The notes beneath the pieces were generated by a model, which saw nothing but the letters and a program-made list of their open reading frames with translations, searched no databases and was not told the origin of the DNA. Made by a program: the position numbers and the translations under genes. 64,000 nucleotides of DNA, from NCBI RefSeq assembly GCF_009914755.1, contig NC_060935.1. One strand, 5' to 3'. The stretch comes from the human T2T-CHM13v2.0 reference genome, Homo sapiens. This document shows, piece by piece, positions 59,801 through 64,000 of the stretch (position 1 is its first letter; the number at the start of each line of letters is the position of its first letter).

Positions 59801-61284
59801 TTTAAAAGCACAGAAGGAAAAACAATGTTTGGTAATTAGAGTTGAGCCTAGGGGTGGCTGTGACATCTGAACAATGTTAAGCAGGTCCAAACAAATAAAA
59901 TCTCCATTCAAAAGTTTCCCTCATTCATTTGGAAAACCATTCTGGGAGGGCATTTGAACCTTTATTTATTTCAGGCACTCTTTATAACTACAGATCCCTT
60001 TGCGTATATAAGTGTACCAAACAATGTCGCCTGGGGGTTTTCTCTAATTTTTTTTTGCAGTAAATAAATCTCCCTGGGTAGATGGCTGTATTGTGCAGAC
60101 AAGGTCCAAGGCCCTACCTTCCTCTCGCACTCCCTCAGCAGTGCTTCCATCTGTTTGCACCACTCCGCACACACACCCAGAAGGTGGGCAAACACAGGAG
60201 ATGGCACCTCTGATAAAGGCTCCTGTGTGGATGGTGGTGGCTGGAGGTGGAAGTGGTCAGGGACTCTGCCTGCTGTAACACCCCACATGCTGGTGCAGAG
60301 GGACATTCGGTGGATAGTTTTGTCTTGGTTTGACCTTCCTATTTCCTGCCAAACGATGGCACCATCTTCTCCAAACATGAAGAACACTTTCTCATGGAAG
60401 GCTCCTAGATGTCGATAGAGATTAGTAAAAGTTCTGTTAAGCTGTAATTAGCTTACTTTTGATCAACCTGCATATTCCTATTGAATTTTTATTTGTCGAT
60501 CTCTCTTCAGCCTGCATGCTCCTAGAAGGCTTACAGGGCTCTATCTTTTGTGCCTCTTAACACGTCAGTTTCTGGTATGGTTGTCCTTACAAAGAAGAAA
60601 CATGATCAGAACTCCCTCCTCTTCTCCCCTCCACCTCTAAATTTTCTGGCTGGTGCTCATCCATTCCCTTTTCCCCATCTCAGGAGGTGGGCTCCTTTTT
60701 CTTGTTGAACGCGAATGCCTCCACCTCTGCTCTGGAGCAGTTCCTTCTGTTCCCCAGGGACCTTGTTCCATCCATTGTCTCCAACTCTCCTTCCACCTGT
60801 CCTTCTCCACTGGATCCTTCTCTTGGCACGTGCATGTGTGCATTTGCTTGTTTCTCTTATTTAAAAGAAATCCATCCTTCCTTGACCCAAACCTCCTTTC
60901 TCTTCTATTCATATCAAAGCTCTTAGAAAAAGGAAGCCACGCTCAAAGTTAATTGTTATCTGTTCTTGTAACAAAAGAATATCCTTAACTTATTTATTTC
61001 ATCCTTATTTTTTATATATAAAATTCATCCTTATTTTAACTTGTTTATTTCAAAGCAAACATTGTCCTATTTATTTTTTTTTTGCTTATAAAAGTAGTAC
61101 ATTCTCATTCAAAAGCTTAGACAACACACAAAGAAAATCAAAAGTAGTAGTAATCAATAACCCCAGAATTCAGAGACTATCGCCATAGCACTGTGGGCCC
61201 TGCACCAATAACCGTGTTCTTCCATCTTCCTTTGTGGCAAACTTTAGGTATTGACCTCAACTCACATGTGTCACAGTTACAGAC

Positions 61285-61910
61285 ATATCCGGAAGACCCT
61301 TTTATGCTCTTAAAGTTAGTAAAGACCTCCAGGAGCTTTAGTTTGTGCACGTTACATCTATTGAGATTTATCATATTCAATGTTAAAAGAGTTTAAAATA
61401 TTTTATTTACTAATTCGTTAAGAATAACAATAATACATTTGTTACAGGCTACCATAAGTAATATTTTAATGACAAAATAATAAGTATACTTTTCAGAAAA
61501 AAAAATATTTGGTGAGAGAAATGGCATGTTTTACATTTTTACAAATTTTTAAATGTCTAACTAATAGCTGGACTTTAATGCCTTCTGCATTCAAATTGCT
61601 ATGGTATGTTAAATATATGAAAAAAATATGATCTCACAGACAAATGCTTTAAAAAGGAGGAGTATTTTAATAATTTTAATAACATTTTAGAGTAACTTGA
61701 TATTCTGATTTGGTATAACATCAAAACTCAAGAAGTGGTAGTTTTATATCTATGAACTTTTTGTACTTTCTCTACACTTGTGAGAGAATGAAAATAAAAA
61801 AGGCAAAAAAAAATCGTATTATTATGAAAATAGTTGTGACCTCATAGGCCCCCAGATGGGGCCTTGAGATCCCCCAGGAATCCCCATAGCACACTTTGAG
61901 GGCCACTGGT
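61285..61910. mobile_element. hAT-Charlie DNA transposon fossil (MER119-like)
   Basis: gacccttttatgctcttaaa…gaaaatagttgtgacctc…cacactttgagggccactg. Confidence 0.65.
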
Positions 61911-63428
61911 CCAGGCCACTGATACCATTTCCTTTATCAGTGACTTAGGAATGACATGTGACTGAGTTCAGATGAAGGAGATATAATGGGATTTTTCAAC
62001 CTACTTGAAAATGTTTCCTCAAACATAAAAAGGGCCCCATAGGAAGACAGAGCATGCTGCTTCTGCTCGTCAGTGTCATGTTTTCGTGTGCATCTTGGCT
62101 TTGAAAGGGAGGCTGCCTGAGGATGGCTGAGCAGATGCCATTGAGCCACAGGGCTGACCGCCTCGAGTTACCTTGAGTCAGGACTTAAAGTTCTGTGAAA
62201 TTAACTTTACTTAAGGGAAGAAGGAAGAAAGGAACAATGGAAGGAAGAAAGGAAAAAAGGTAGGACCTTTTGGTAGATACCCTTTTAGACTTTTTTCTAA
62301 ATGTTTATATATATAGGTCAATATTCATTCATCTCTGTGTGCCAAGCACTTAGCTCAGTGTAATGCATGGCACGACTCAGTGATTAATAGATATTCTTCA
62401 AAGGAATGAATAATTGAATATGTGGCGTTTATTGACTGACAACGATTTCCTCTTATTCTTTTCTTTGTCAGGATGAAGAAAAGCAGATCACTCTAAGAAT
62501 GACAGGTTTCCTGGGTGCTGTGAAGCATACCTAAACAGATAGCTGCAAAGAAGGATCTTTTCTCTATTTCAAGACATGAACACTGCCCCATCCCCACTCC
62601 TGGTATTTTGTACCCTAAACAAAATTGGGTATTTGCCTGATATAACCTGAAAAAGGTGGTGCATTATACTTTACATAGTGATTTATAGTTTACAGGCTGC
62701 TTTTACGATGGTCTCATTTAGTTTTCCAAAATCAAGCTGTGATATAGTGCTATTATTCCCCTTTTTAAAAAGAGGAAATGGGGGACATGTGAGGGTAAGT
62801 GAGTGGTTCAAGGTCACACGACTAGTCAGCAGCAGAACCAGGACTAGAATTGCAAGCCCAGTGTTCTTGAGGGTTGAGCCCCAGGAAACTCTGTCCAGGG
62901 CTTTGCCATCATGGGGATTTGCCCGACCGCCCTTAGGCAGCGGAGGGATGGAGTGCAGAGACAACTGGCCTTCATCCTTTGTCCCAAGCCCTGCCCTCTG
63001 GGAAGTCCAGGACCAGAGAGCCGCAAGGGTGACATTGTGATCCACCTCAGTTGAATGGCAGTAAAATGATCAAGCCCTTGTTCTGAATGACTTTACCTCG
63101 AGGTGACGTCTTCCACAAGACTGACTGTGACATTAAAAATGGATGAGGCCGGGGACGTTTTCCACCCAGAGCTCAACAGAAACTGGCAAGTGTCAAATTT
63201 GAAATTTTGCACTGCAGCTCACAAGCATCTACTGACCTAAGACATGAAGGCTCCAACCTGGAAACAATCCAGGACTAAATGTTGACAACTAACTCAGGGA
63301 GAGAGAGGGAGAATATAAAATGCCTGGGCATGGCAGCAGCAAAGGGCTTTGGGTCTTTACCTGCAGTTGTGGGCAAGTAGAAAATAATCCATGCAGGATT
63401 CAAGACCTGCCTTCTCATCCTGACCCTG

Positions 63429-63763
63429 TGCAATGATTGGAATGTGCCCCCTTCAAAATTCAGGCATTGCAAATGTGATTGCATCAGAAGATGGGGCCCG
63501 TAAGAGGTGATTAGGCCATGAAGTCTTCTCTCTCATTAATGGGATTAAGGCGCTTGTAAAGAGGCTTCACTGCAGCTTTAGGTTAGCTTGCCCTTCTGCC
63601 TCCAGCCATGTGAAGACGGCATGGAAGATGCCCACCAGACCATCTAGCTGGTGCCTAGATCTTGTAGTTCCCAGCCTCTGGAACTGTAAGAAATAAATTT
63701 CTGTTCTTTATAAGTTATCCAGGCTCAGGTATCTTGTTGTAGCAGCACAAATGAACTAAGACA
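63429..63763 (+). mobile_element. MSTC-like MaLR LTR
   Basis: tgcaatgattggaatgtgccccc…gaactaagaca; AATAAA at 63692. Confidence 0.8.
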
Positions 63764-63835
63764 CCCGCCACTGTGTTGTGTGACTCTGAGCAGATGGTTT
63801 CCCCTCCCCAGAACTAAGTTTTTCTTTAACTTTTA

Positions 63836-64000
<165 letters not shown>

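Overview
Primate (almost certainly human) genomic DNA spanning the 5' end of CLMP (CXADR-like membrane protein, chr11q24.1; minus strand). The only protein-coding sequence I can support is the 28-nt coding part of CLMP exon 1 (29455->29428, MSLLLLLLL|V, G|GTGAGT donor), inside a CpG island at about 29.2-31.1 kb. Bases 1-29427 are the promoter-proximal part of the long CLMP intron 1, and about 30-64 kb is upstream intergenic DNA. The rest is mostly interspersed repeats: about 35 Alu/FLAM copies, solo LTRs (MER4E-like, MER41B, THE1, MSTA/C/D, MLT1A), old L1M/L2/MIR fragments, hAT DNA transposon fossils and microsatellites. The supplied ORF track is essentially all spurious. I found no novel multi-gene system. 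The best leads are regulatory: (1) a 32-codon uORF in frame with the CLMP ATG and separated from it by a single TGA; (2) a very strong 3' splice site inside CLMP exon 1 with a matching upstream donor (possible hybrid first/internal exon, or a 5'TOP start); (3) a recursive-splice-site-like TAG|GTGAGT in intron 1; (4) a MER41B LTR keeping one GAS site, possibly driving a plus-strand spliced lncRNA; (5) a roughly 190-bp local duplication fused to an Alu 5' end, plus several template-switch hairpins. Repeat subfamily names come from memory of consensus sequences, and many repeat boundaries are approximate.
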